IMG/VR virus record: IMGVR_UViG_3300048576_000443
Coordinates: 1 to 62,357 of that record
Reading direction: 5' to 3' (one strand)
Length of the DNA: 62,357 nt
Source: a virus
Taxonomy: Duplodnaviria; Caudoviricetes
Both the position numbers and the translations under genes were made by a program. This document shows positions 17,378 to 26,768 of this stretch, piece by piece (the first letter of the stretch is position 1; each line of letters starts with the position of its first letter). The notes under the pieces are model-generated. The model ran no database searches, was not told the origin of the DNA, and saw nothing but the letters and a program-made list of their open reading frames with translations.

Positions 17378-17566
17378 ATGGCCAGAGAAGAGAAGCCGTC
17401 CCTTTCCCCGCTTTACCCGACCAGCGCCCTGGGCGCCGAGTTTGCCGACATCATCTCCTGCCTCCGCAGCCTGGGGGCCACGGAGGAGGAGGTTTTGCTT
17501 GCCGTTGCGGCCAGGATCAGCCCGTCTCTTTTTCAAGATCTGAGAACCGCGCGTATGCCTCGTTGA
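17378..17566 (+). CDS. Hypothetical protein
   Basis: Short ORF in operon. Confidence 0.45.
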   Translation: MAREEKPSLSPLYPTSALGAEFADIISCLRSLGATEEEVLLAVAARISPSLFQDLRTARMPR

Positions 17567-17794
17567 AGAGATGCAGGACATTGTCAGCCGGCCTGCTTCC
17601 GCCACATCCGCTTTTAGCCAGCTCCAGGGCCAGCAAATAAGCGGCACGGAAGGCAAAGGATTTTCCGTAGAGTGTTTCGCGCAAAACGTCAGGCTGTTGC
17701 ATCGTAGGCATTTCGCTCCTCCTCTCGGTTCGGGTTTGGGTCGCGCCTGCACGATACCGGGAGGAGGGGCGGAAATAAAGGGGAAGGGATAAAA

Positions 17795-17974
17795 ATGACA
17801 ATCACCGACATCCTTCAGAAAATCCTGGCTGTCCTGTGCGACATCCGGGCGGATGTGAGCCGCCAGAACGCCCTGCTTGAACGCATCGCGGCCAATTCTG
17901 ACGACCTCAAGCGCGGCAGCTACATGAGCTCCCTGAGCCACGGCCGGGACGGCGAAAGCCAGAAGCCGGACTAA
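17795..17974 (+). CDS. Small hypothetical coiled-coil protein (not in the ORF track)
   Basis: MTITDILQKILAVLCDIRADVSRQNALLERIAANSDDLKRG...; purine-rich RBS. Confidence 0.5.
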   Translation: MTITDILQKILAVLCDIRADVSRQNALLERIAANSDDLKRGSYMSSLSHGRDGESQKPD

Positions 17975-18385
17975 CCCATGCGCCACGACCGCACCGGACG
18001 CATCTATCACGACCCCGTTTCCTGCCCGGCCCATGTCGTCGAGTCCGGCGACATGCACCGCTGCACGGTTTGCGGGGCCGAGACGCGGACAGAAGGGCGG
18101 TTGCTCAAGACGTGGTTTGAATATCATGCCCTGTGTCCACTCCGGGCAGCGCCAATTGGTACATCACGCCCCCTGGCCAGCGTTCCAATACCATGCCCGA
18201 GGCCCGCGCAAGCATCGCTTCCAGGCTTGTGCCCGGCGGGGCATGGAACCGGCGCCAGAAAATTTCGGCGGCGCGAATCACGCGCATCGTGACCAGCAGG
18301 CATCCAGGCTCACGCTCGACTGTTACGGATAGGCTGTTGTCCATGGTGGAATCATACCAACCCAAAAAGCAAGAGGAAGGGCAAA

Positions 18386-18844
18386 ATGTCGAGTGATTTG
18401 CCCCCGTTGAAGTCCTGGCAATTCTTCAAAGCCATCGCCAAGGTGCTTGGACGTTCGCAGTGCCACGCCATTTTCAACTGCTCCGAGCGTGAGTTTTACC
18501 GTTGGGGGGCTGACCCCGACTCTTGCGGCGACATCCGCAAGAACCCGCTCGACCTCATCGCGGCCGCATGCCGCAAAGCCGACTTGATCGGCCACACGGA
18601 CATTGCGGTCGCTCCCGCGCACATCCTGGCCGAGCCTTTCAACTGCCGCGTCAGCATGGCCCCCGACGTGACCCCGAATCGCCCCACCATCGAGGCCGAA
18701 TGCCTGGACGACCACCCGGCCATGGTGGCGTTTCACGAAGGCATCCGGCGAGGGCTGCCCCTGGAAGAGGTCGGCGCGCTCCGGGATAGGGCCGTCCACG
18801 AGATCGAAGAGACTTTCGTCAAATACCGGGAAGGGCAGGGATGA
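18386..18844 (+). CDS. Phage regulatory CII-like protein
   Basis: Position, size, HTH-like N-terminus (FYRWGADPD..KNPLD) and helical C-terminus. Confidence 0.55.
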   Translation: MSSDLPPLKSWQFFKAIAKVLGRSQCHAIFNCSEREFYRWGADPDSCGDIRKNPLDLIAAACRKADLIGHTDIAVAPAHILAEPFNCRVSMAPDVTPNRPTIEAECLDDHPAMVAFHEGIRRGLPLEEVGALRDRAVHEIEETFVKYREGQG

Positions 18845-19995
18845 TCGGCCAGGACTCTGTGGCGTCGCTCAAGACCGCTCAAGGCTTCGAGAACACCATG
18901 TGCGCGGCAGGGCACGCTGCGGACAAGGCCGGGCGGGCGATGAGTAAGGGGAAACCTTTCGACTGCGTGCGCGGCCAGGGCTGGCTGACGCTAGGCGAGT
19001 GCCTGACGAAGTTCCTGGGCGGCCACGAGGTTTGCTCCCGGGACTGCAGGTGCAGCTACGGCAAGGTAGCCGTGGAGAAAATGAACAACGGGGAGATCGA
19101 GATGCCCAAGAAATTCAAGAAGGGTGACTGCGGCTGCGGCAAGAAAGACGTGCAGTTGGACAGCGAAGGCCGGTGCTACCAGTGCCGGGACAAAGCCCGG
19201 TGGGCGGCGCAGAAGGCGGCGAAGGAAGCGGCGGACGAGGCCCAGAAAGCGGCCAGGATGACGCCTGCCGCGTCCAAGGACGATACGCCGCCCGTCGCCC
19301 CGGGCGAGGCCGCGCCGTCCATTCAGGCGGCGCAGGGCGGGCATCCGGCGTTCGATCCCCACGCCAAGATCGACTTTTCCAACGGTGCGGCCGCCCGTGA
19401 ATTGGTAGAGCATCACGGCCGCCTGCTCGTGGCCGAAAACGCGACGCCGGAACCGGCGGACCTGTCGGACGATCCGGACCTGTCGGACGGGCCAGACCTG
19501 CCGGACGCGGGCTATGCGCCGGGCGTGACGGCAGTGGTCGAGACGCTGCCGCCCGAGGGCCAGCTTGTCGGGGACGAAGATCCGGCGCCCGGGGACTGCC
19601 AGGGCTGGCCGGAAACGGCCGGCGCGCTGGTCATCGAGGGCATGGAGTTTGAGGCGTTCGCGCCGCGCAGAAAGCCCGGCCTCAAGTCGTTTGTTTCCTT
19701 GCAATCCGGCAAAACCTTCAATTTCAGCCCCGGGGCCGTCCGCCAGTTCGACATGCTGCGCTACCACCACGTCGAACTTCACTATTCCAGGTCCGGCGGG
19801 GCTATCGCATTCATCCTGCACGAGCAAAAGCCGGACGGCGCGAACACGCTTTCCCTTTATGCCCCAAAGGCGCGAGACAGGGCCAGGGTCGGCGCACAGG
19901 GTTTCATGCGCGCCTTCGGCCTGAACCTCGAAGGCAAAGGGCCGTGGCTGGTCGAGCAGCCGCAACCCGGCGTGCTCGTGGCGAGGGTGGGATGA
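18841..19995 (+). CDS. Hypothetical protein (Cys-rich N-terminus, low-complexity linker, beta-barrel C-terminus)
   Basis: 384-aa ORF with ATGA overlaps. Confidence 0.7.
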   Translation: MIGQDSVASLKTAQGFENTMCAAGHAADKAGRAMSKGKPFDCVRGQGWLTLGECLTKFLGGHEVCSRDCRCSYGKVAVEKMNNGEIEMPKKFKKGDCGCGKKDVQLDSEGRCYQCRDKARWAAQKAAKEAADEAQKAARMTPAASKDDTPPVAPGEAAPSIQAAQGGHPAFDPHAKIDFSNGAAARELVEHHGRLLVAENATPEPADLSDDPDLSDGPDLPDAGYAPGVTAVVETLPPEGQLVGDEDPAPGDCQGWPETAGALVIEGMEFEAFAPRRKPGLKSFVSLQSGKTFNFSPGAVRQFDMLRYHHVELHYSRSGGAIAFILHEQKPDGANTLSLYAPKARDRARVGAQGFMRAFGLNLEGKGPWLVEQPQPGVLVARVG

Positions 19996-21647
19996 TGCTG
20001 GATCTGTTCGGCGGACAATACGGCGGCCCGGGCCAGGGCGACGAGCTCATCATTGATTCGTTCGCCGGAGGCGGCGGGGCGTCAACAGGGATCAAGTCCG
20101 CCCTCGGGCGCGATCCGGATGTGGCGCTCAACCATGACCCCATCGCCCTAGCCATCCACCGGGCCAACCACGCCGGGAGCCGCCACTACTGCCAGGACAT
20201 CTTTTCCGTCGAGCCGAACCACGTCACGAACGGCCGCCCGGTGGGGTTGTTGTGGGCCAGTCCGGACTGCGTTCATTTTTCCAAAGCCAAGGGCGGCGCG
20301 CCGAAGCGGGATGCAAAAATCCGCGACCTCGCGTGGGCCGTCGTGAAGTGGGCCAAGCAGGCCCGGCCCCGGGTCATCATCTTGGAAAACGTGGAGGAAT
20401 TCGCCACCTGGGGGCCGCTCACCGACCGGGGTGAGATCATCAAGAGCCGGGCGGGCGAGACGTTCCGGGCTTGGCTGCGGCAGTTGCGCCGCCTCGGCTA
20501 CCGGGTCGAGCACCGGGAGCTCCGGGCCTGCGATTACGGCGCCCCGACGATCCGCAAGCGGTTTTTCCTCATCGCCCGTTGCGACGGCCAGCCCATCGTT
20601 TGGCCGGAACCCACTCACGGCCCTGGCCGGGAGCATCCCTATCGGGTGGCGGCGGACATCATTGACTGGTCCATCCCGTGCCCGTCGATCTTCGAGCGCA
20701 AGCGGCCGCTGGCTGAAAACACCCTGCGCCGCATCGCCGAGGGCATCCGGCGGTACGTCATCAATGCGGCCGAACCGTTCATCGTGACCTACTACGGGCC
20801 GAAGCGGGCCGGGGATTTCCGGGGCAACGGCATCCAGGGGATGCTTGGAACGCAGACCACGGAAAACCGGCACGCCCTGGTGACGCCGACGCTTATCCAG
20901 ACCGGATACGGGGAGAGAGCCGGTCAGACGCCGCGTGCCCTGGACATCCGCAAACCGTTGGGCACCGTTGTGGCCGGAGGCGGCAAGCACGCCCTGGTGT
21001 CCGCCTTCCTGGCCCAGCACAACGGCGGCCCTCGCAACGACCGGCTGGCCGGGCGTCCTGCGGATGCTCCCATGTCCACGATCACGGCCACGGGCAGCCA
21101 ACAAGGGCTTGTGGCGGTCCATGTGCAACGCGATTTCGGCAACAGCGTCGGACACCCGGCGTCCGCCCCGTGCGGGACGGTGACATCCGGGGGTGGCGGC
21201 AAGTCCAGCTTGGTCGCTTCGCACCTGGTCAAGTTGCGCGGCACATGCCGACACGGCCAGGCCGCAACCGACCCCATGCCCACGGTCACGGCCGGGGGGA
21301 TGCACATCGGCGAGGTGCGGGCGTTCCTGGTAAAATATTTCGGGTGCGGCATCGGGCAGGATGCGCGCGATCCGCTCCATACGGTCACGACCAAGGACCG
21401 CTTTGGCCTCGTGACCGTCCAGGGCGAGGACTACATCATCGCGGACATCGGGCTTCGGATGCTCACGCCCCGGGAGCTGTTTTTGGCCCAAGGATTCCCG
21501 CCGGATTACGTCATCGATCCCGTCTACAACGGCAAGCCGCTCCCGAAGTCCAAGCAGGTCAGGGCATGCGGAAACTCTGTGTGCCCGCCGCTGGCGGAGG
21601 CCCTGGTGCGCGCGAACTGCCACGACATGGCGGAGGTCGAGGCATGA
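19992..21647 (+). CDS. DNA (cytosine-5) methyltransferase
   Basis: DSFAGGGG (motif I), SPDC (IV), ENV (VI), TIRKR (VIII), GNSV (X); long repeated variable region. Confidence 0.93.
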   Translation: MMLDLFGGQYGGPGQGDELIIDSFAGGGGASTGIKSALGRDPDVALNHDPIALAIHRANHAGSRHYCQDIFSVEPNHVTNGRPVGLLWASPDCVHFSKAKGGAPKRDAKIRDLAWAVVKWAKQARPRVIILENVEEFATWGPLTDRGEIIKSRAGETFRAWLRQLRRLGYRVEHRELRACDYGAPTIRKRFFLIARCDGQPIVWPEPTHGPGREHPYRVAADIIDWSIPCPSIFERKRPLAENTLRRIAEGIRRYVINAAEPFIVTYYGPKRAGDFRGNGIQGMLGTQTTENRHALVTPTLIQTGYGERAGQTPRALDIRKPLGTVVAGGGKHALVSAFLAQHNGGPRNDRLAGRPADAPMSTITATGSQQGLVAVHVQRDFGNSVGHPASAPCGTVTSGGGGKSSLVASHLVKLRGTCRHGQAATDPMPTVTAGGMHIGEVRAFLVKYFGCGIGQDARDPLHTVTTKDRFGLVTVQGEDYIIADIGLRMLTPRELFLAQGFPPDYVIDPVYNGKPLPKSKQVRACGNSVCPPLAEALVRANCHDMAEVEA

Positions 21648-21753
21648 CCGAATCCGACGCCGAACGCATTTCCCGCCTTGAGCGGCAAATAACCGACCTT
21701 CAGGACCGGAACACCGAACTCGTGGAGCGGCTTGAGCGCGGGGAGGAAGGGAG

Positions 21754-22116
21754 ATGCAGTACTATCTAAAGAAAAATGGCTTTGATCCTTTTTACGAAGA
21801 AGACATGACGGAAATCAATAAATCTATGCCCAGGCATCTGAAAGGCCGGTTTAGGGGAGAAGGGTGGCTTGGCGGGGAAGTTGTGGATGCCGTTTTGTTT
21901 GACGGGCTTAATTTTGAGCAAATCGAAGCCCTAGTTGGGGGAGATGTAGGAAATGCTCAAGATGGCAGTCTTGTTGTGGCGACGAAGGATGGCGCTTTGA
22001 AGCTACGACGCGGCGATGTCATTTATCGGCGGCCTTCCGGAAAGATAGTGAGCATGTTATGGAAGCTCTTTTTAGAAGCATTTACGCCTGTAGTGCCGGA
22101 ACGGGGGACGCCGTGA
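21754..22116 (+). CDS. Hypothetical low-GC phage protein
   Basis: VDAVLFDG.N..LVVATKDGALKLRRGDVI. Confidence 0.65.
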   Translation: MQYYLKKNGFDPFYEEDMTEINKSMPRHLKGRFRGEGWLGGEVVDAVLFDGLNFEQIEALVGGDVGNAQDGSLVVATKDGALKLRRGDVIYRRPSGKIVSMLWKLFLEAFTPVVPERGTP

Positions 22117-22146
22117 TGGAGCGGCTTGAGAGCGGAGGGGCGGCGA

Positions 22147-23034
22147 ATGGCTAAGGCCCCGGCATTCCAATTCTACGCCAAGGACTGGCTTGCGGACCTT
22201 TCCGAGCATCCCCTTGAGATTGAGGGTGCGTGGATCAGGTTTTGCGCAAAGGCTTGGCTTGATGAAACGAAATGCTCCCTGTCGCTGACCCTAGAGCAAT
22301 GGGGAAGGCTTTTCCGTTGTCTCCCCGAGGACGCGGGCCGCATTCTTCGCTACATCGGAGATGAAAAAATTGGTGAAATTTCTGCACATTCTAACGCCTT
22401 CTCACGCGGTTCTAACGAGAAAATAACGATCATATGCCGACGGATGCGTGACGAAGAAAGCATAAAGGAATCAGGGAGATTGCGGGCCAAGCGACATTAT
22501 GAATCTCGCAAAGATCGCGATGTCTCACGCGATTCTAACGAAAACCTAACATCCCCTTCTTCTTCTGCATCTGCATCTGCAAAGAAAGAAAAAGAGGAAT
22601 CCTCACTACGTTCGGATTCTTGCGCGGAGGTGAAAAAATCACCTCCCGCGCCGAAGCCTGTGCCGCCTCCTGACACGTCAAAACTTGTCGGAACCCTTCC
22701 TCTCGCAAACGGAACGGATTTTGAGGTTCGGCAAGCCCTCGTGGACAAGCTCTCGCCGCTGTATCCGGCCGTGGATGTCCTCGCGGCGTTCCGGAGCATG
22801 AAAAGCTGGCTCATTGGGCACCCCAAAAAACTCAAGACCAAGCGCGGCATCATGGCGTTTATCACCGGCTGGCTGGACCGTGCCCAGAACCAAGGCGGCA
22901 ACGTGCCGGTGGCGGCCAGGGCTAGCCCCGCGTTCCCCCTGACGCACAGGCAGGAGCAGACCGAGCGGTTCAAGGGCATGGCGATGGCGTTGCAAACCAG
23001 GGGGGCGGGGAATGGCAGAGATCACGAGGGATGA
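22147..23034 (+). CDS. Phage replication initiator (DUF1376/YdaU-like N-terminus)
   Basis: KAPAFQFYAKDWL; C-terminal YPAVDV..SWL..P..KT.RG..FI.GWL.RAQ; internal iterons. Confidence 0.8.
   Translation: MAKAPAFQFYAKDWLADLSEHPLEIEGAWIRFCAKAWLDETKCSLSLTLEQWGRLFRCLPEDAGRILRYIGDEKIGEISAHSNAFSRGSNEKITIICRRMRDEESIKESGRLRAKRHYESRKDRDVSRDSNENLTSPSSSASASAKKEKEESSLRSDSCAEVKKSPPAPKPVPPPDTSKLVGTLPLANGTDFEVRQALVDKLSPLYPAVDVLAAFRSMKSWLIGHPKKLKTKRGIMAFITGWLDRAQNQGGNVPVAARASPAFPLTHRQEQTERFKGMAMALQTRGAGNGRDHEG
22389..22550. repeat. Iteron-like repeats (putative phage origin) within the initiator gene
   Basis: TTCTAACG x3; TCTCACGCG(G/A)TTCTAACGA at 22400 and 22523. Confidence 0.6.
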
Positions 23035-23380
23035 CATCACGGCGATGCTGATGCGCTTCTCCCTGTTTTACCGGGATCAAGACGTGAATGAGGCCACTAT
23101 CCCGGTGCTGGCCGAGGACTATTTCGAGGACTTGCGCGGAATCGACGCCAGCACGTTTCAGCGGGCAATCAGCGAGGCTCGCAAGACGTGCCGCTTTTTC
23201 CCAAAAAGCGTGGACATCCTTGAGGCCGTCAAGCGCGTGACGCCGACATACCGCGAGTTCCCGCCGCTTCCCGCCGGGGATGACGACGACGCCCGGCGGC
23301 GCGAGATAGGAAAGGCCTGGATCGCGAAAATCAAAACCGCGCTATCCGGTTGGCAGTCGCCCCCCCAGAGGTCGAATTGA
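23012..23380 (+). CDS. Putative helicase loader / loader-inhibitor-like protein
   Basis: Directly after the initiator; YFEDL..F..A...RKTCRFFP..DIL. Confidence 0.55.
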   Translation: MAEITRDDITAMLMRFSLFYRDQDVNEATIPVLAEDYFEDLRGIDASTFQRAISEARKTCRFFPKSVDILEAVKRVTPTYREFPPLPAGDDDDARRREIGKAWIAKIKTALSGWQSPPQRSN

Positions 23381-23542
23381 AGCCCTGCGACAAGATCCCC
23401 GGCATCCCCTGCGCCCATGACGGCCGGTGCTTCGGCGCCGTGATGTGGGATGGGAAGCGCGAAGAGGCGCAACCGTTGGCCAAGGTCCAGGAGTGCAAAC
23501 ACGTCGAGGAATGCCGCGAATGGTGGCGGCGGGAGGGGAAAG

Positions 23543-24019
23543 ATGGCCGGATCGCTCAATAAAGTCATCATCATCGGTCGTCTCGGCCAGGACCCCAAAC
23601 TTACATATCTGGCCAACGGCAACCCGGTGGCCAACTTCAGCGTGGCCACGGACGAATCCTACAAGGATCGCGATGGCAACAAGGTGGAGCGTACTGAGTG
23701 GCACCGGGTTGTGGTGTACGGGCGGTCAGCGGAATTTTGCGGCCAATACCTGGGCAAGGGGCGGTTGGTCTACATCGAGGGCACACTGCGCACCAGGAAA
23801 TGGCAGAAGGACGGCCAGGACCACTACAGCACGGAAATCGTCGTGAGCGCCCCGGGGCATCGCGTGCAGGGCCTGGATAAGAATCCGGACTCCAATCAAA
23901 GCGGCGGGAACTCCGCTCAAAGCCGGGGCGACTCTGGACGGGGTTCGTCCGACGGGGACCAGGACACAGGCCCGGCGTTTCCCTCTGAAGCATCCGGCAT
24001 GGACGACGTTCCCTTTTAG
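23543..24019 (+). CDS. ssb: Single-stranded DNA-binding protein
   Basis: [41 protein letters not shown]. Confidence 0.96.
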   Translation: MAGSLNKVIIIGRLGQDPKLTYLANGNPVANFSVATDESYKDRDGNKVERTEWHRVVVYGRSAEFCGQYLGKGRLVYIEGTLRTRKWQKDGQDHYSTEIVVSAPGHRVQGLDKNPDSNQSGGNSAQSRGDSGRGSSDGDQDTGPAFPSEASGMDDVPF

Positions 24020-24036
24020 GATCAATAGGTTACGAC

Positions 24037-24498
24037 ATGAAAACCCTATCCGTTCCTTCATCCGAAGTTCAGGCCGCCGGAGGCCTCGCCAAATGGATGC
24101 TTCAGGAATCCCGCAAAACGCGCGCAGGCCTCGCCTCCGGACGTGGAAAGCCGAAGGCCACGCAAAACGAATCTGGGGCCATTTTGGGCAGAGATAGCCG
24201 TATGAATAAGTGGGAAGCCAGGTACGCGGAACGGCTTCGCGGGACGCAGGCGGCCGGGGAAATCGTCGCGTTTGACTTCGAGGCCATGAAATTCAACCTT
24301 GGGTTTCGGTGCTGGTACTGTCCTGATTTCGTCGTGACCCTGCCTGACGGGCGTATCGAGTGCCATGAGGTCAAGGGCTTCATGCGCGACGACGCGGCGG
24401 TGAAAATCAAGACCGCCGCCCGGCGCTTCCCGTCGTTTCGCTTCCGGCTGGCCAGGATCGTCAAAGGGGCGTGGGTGGTGACAGAGGTGCCGAGATGA
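24037..24498 (+). CDS. DUF1064-like PD-(D/E)XK endonuclease (resolvase candidate)
   Basis: NKWEARYA..YCPDFVV..HEVKG. Confidence 0.8.
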   Translation: MKTLSVPSSEVQAAGGLAKWMLQESRKTRAGLASGRGKPKATQNESGAILGRDSRMNKWEARYAERLRGTQAAGEIVAFDFEAMKFNLGFRCWYCPDFVVTLPDGRIECHEVKGFMRDDAAVKIKTAARRFPSFRFRLARIVKGAWVVTEVPR

Positions 24499-24800
24499 AA
24501 GCCCTAGCCCTCGGCCTTCTGATCGTCACCGCCTACCACCCGGGCGAAGGCGGCGGGCACGGCATCGGCGCCATGGGCCACGAGGTGCGCCCGGGGCTGA
24601 CCGCGGCTGTGAGCCGGGACCTGCAGCACCTCATGGGCCAGGAAATCCATGTAAACGGCAAATGGTGGTTCGTGAACGATCTTACGGGCCCTGACGCCCG
24701 GCGTACCGTGGATCTGTGCGTCGAAGACGAAGCCACGGCCAGAGAGTGGGGGAGGCGGGAGCGGATTGTCCGCGTTGAAACCAACCAACCGGGGAGATAG
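24495..24800 (+). CDS. 3D-domain-like protein
   Basis: VTAY..G..G..TAAVS..VNDLTG..TVDLCV..AREWGRR. Confidence 0.65.
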   Translation: MKALALGLLIVTAYHPGEGGGHGIGAMGHEVRPGLTAAVSRDLQHLMGQEIHVNGKWWFVNDLTGPDARRTVDLCVEDEATAREWGRRERIVRVETNQPGR

Positions 24801-24805
24801 AAGAG

Positions 24806-25219
24806 ATGACCAGAGAAGAGGCATTGAAAGAGGCATTGGAGATCGTGAAGGCCCAGGCCGGCATCAGGGTAATGAGCGCCGAAGAGTTGACCGGCATGGT
24901 CGAGAACGTGGCCCGGGGCATCATGAGCCTGGACGACCCGGGCCAGTCGGAAGAGGGCGGCGCCCAACCCCCCGCCGTGGACCCCGCGAAGGCTATTAAA
25001 GAAAGCTCCGCGACCTGTCTGGAGTGCGGCAGGGCCATGAAGATCATCACCAAGAAGCACCTGGCTTCCCACGGCCTGACCCCGGACGAATACCGGGCCA
25101 AGTGGGGGATGAAGAAGGGCGTGGCCCTGGCCTGCAAAGCCCTGACCCGGGAGCGCCGCAAGAAGATGAAGGACATGAAGTTGTGGGAGAAACGGGGGGC
25201 CGCCAAGCCCGGCGCGTAA
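24806..25219 (+). CDS. Ros/MucR family transcriptional regulator
   Basis: CLECG..K....HLASHGLTPDEYRAKWG. Confidence 0.92.
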   Translation: MTREEALKEALEIVKAQAGIRVMSAEELTGMVENVARGIMSLDDPGQSEEGGAQPPAVDPAKAIKESSATCLECGRAMKIITKKHLASHGLTPDEYRAKWGMKKGVALACKALTRERRKKMKDMKLWEKRGAAKPGA

Positions 25220-25265
25220 AGAAACCACGTCGTGCGCCTCGGATGGCCGGGGCGCTGGAGGAACC

Positions 25266-25688
25266 ATGCGCACCATCACCATGATCGTCACGGTTGTCGT
25301 TTTGTCCCTCCTGGCCTTCCCGGTCCAGGCCCGGCATCTGCATCCCGAGTCTTGGTATCAGGCCCGCTGGTGCGAGGCCCAGGGCGGAGAGATGGAGCAC
25401 CGCTTGCCTGACAGGGCCCGTGTGGACTGCCTGTTGCCCGACGTGGCCGTGGAGTTCGACTTCGGCCACAAATGGGCCGAAAGCGTCGGGCAAGCCCTGT
25501 ACTACGCCACCATGACCGGCCGCCGCTGCGGGATCGTACTGATCCTGGAGGATAACGGCCCGGTCTTTGTGACGCGGCTCATGCGGACGATTGAGGGGCA
25601 CAGGCTGGGCTGTCAGGTGTGGCTGATGGGCCGGGAGGGGGAAGAACTTGGAACCGGCGAGACGACGCGCGGGGAGGAAAGGCCGTGA
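25266..25688 (+). CDS. Secreted hypothetical protein with a PD-(D/E)XK-like pattern
   Basis: Signal peptide; EHRLPDRARVDCL..AVEFDF..KWAESVGQALYY. Confidence 0.7.
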   Translation: MRTITMIVTVVVLSLLAFPVQARHLHPESWYQARWCEAQGGEMEHRLPDRARVDCLLPDVAVEFDFGHKWAESVGQALYYATMTGRRCGIVLILEDNGPVFVTRLMRTIEGHRLGCQVWLMGREGEELGTGETTRGEERP

Positions 25689-25948
25689 ACCTCATCGCCA
25701 TCATCATCCTGGCCCTGTCCGCCTCCTGTGCCCTGGCCAGCCCAGGAACCGGCGAGGTTCCGCGTAGCGATTCCACCGTCTACGACGCCCAGGGCCGCCA
25801 CCAGGGCCGAATCCACGACGGCCGGGTTTTCGATGCGAAAGGCCAGTTCCGGGGGCGCCTCCAGGACGGGAAGGTCTTTGACTCCCGGGGCAATTTCATG
25901 GGCCGGATCAAGCAGGACCGGCCAGGGGGACAGGATGGAACTCGATAA
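25685..25948 (+). CDS. Small secreted beta-repeat protein
   Basis: Signal peptide; three repeats of V(Y/F)DxxGxxxGR. Confidence 0.65.
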   Translation: MNLIAIIILALSASCALASPGTGEVPRSDSTVYDAQGRHQGRIHDGRVFDAKGQFRGRLQDGKVFDSRGNFMGRIKQDRPGGQDGTR

Positions 25949-26183
25949 GGCATCGGCCAAGGCATCGGCCGGCACATCCGGCGTGGTCGCGGCCTACGAT
26001 CTTGAGACGGCCGCGCAGGTCGCGGACTTCCTGCGCGTGTCTGACCGCACCTTGCGCCGGATGCTCCAGGAAGACGATCCGCCGCCCGTGCATCGGTACA
26101 AAGGCCGGGGCGTCATGCGCGCTCACCGGGCAGAGCTTGCGGCGTGGCGCGCGCGGCGGGAGGGCGGGACAAGGAGGCAATAA
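25935..26183 (+). CDS. MerR/excisionase-type HTH protein, candidate late-gene activator
   Basis: LETAAQVADFLRVSDRTLRR..PPV..ELAAW; last gene of the early-right operon. Confidence 0.7.
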   Translation: MELDKASAKASAGTSGVVAAYDLETAAQVADFLRVSDRTLRRMLQEDDPPPVHRYKGRGVMRAHRAELAAWRARREGGTRRQ

Positions 26184-26499
26184 AGTTGGATCAGTCATAT
26201 ACCCCCGGCAAAGCCGGGGGCTTGAAAGGCAGTGAACCGCTTAAAGCGGTTTGCGACAGGAGCGGCCTAAGGGCGGCTATTCATCAACCAATTGGATCTG
26301 ATCCAGCCGTCGGTCAGCCTATTCTTGTTTCTTGTTCTATTCACGGACATGCGCCTCATCTAGGCCGACAGTCGAGACGAAGTATCCGCGTGCCTAGAAG
26401 TCTTGGCCAACGAAATTCGGTTCTTGGCGATGGCTGACAATTCGCGGTGCAAGGTCGGCTTGGGAAGTCCGATGAAAGGAAAGCGGAGATTTTCTGACC

Positions 26500-26653
26500 G
26501 CGCCGCTGCCCAATCCAAGGTGCTGCCTTAGGGGGCACGGTATAAATCAAGATGCACGGCCCTTCGCCTAACTTTTCGGCGGCAACGGCAAGGTGAGCCG
26601 CAAGGGTTGTTTTCTCTGTCCCGCCGTTTTGGCTAGCAAAAAAAGGCTCTCAT
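26500..26653 (-). pseudogene. Degenerate parA (Walker A) fragment
   Basis: Reads ASQNGGTEKTTLAAHLAVAAEKLGEGPCILIYT; the ATG at 26653 is out of frame across a T-tract. Confidence 0.7.
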
Positions 26654-26768
26654 TGCCACCCTTTCTTGTTTTCGTGCTTTCTGCCTAACAAGAAAAACCG
26701 AAATTGTTTTTCTTGACGTGGACAATAGAGGAACGAAAAGCAGAAAACACAATTTTTTTTGGGGAGGG

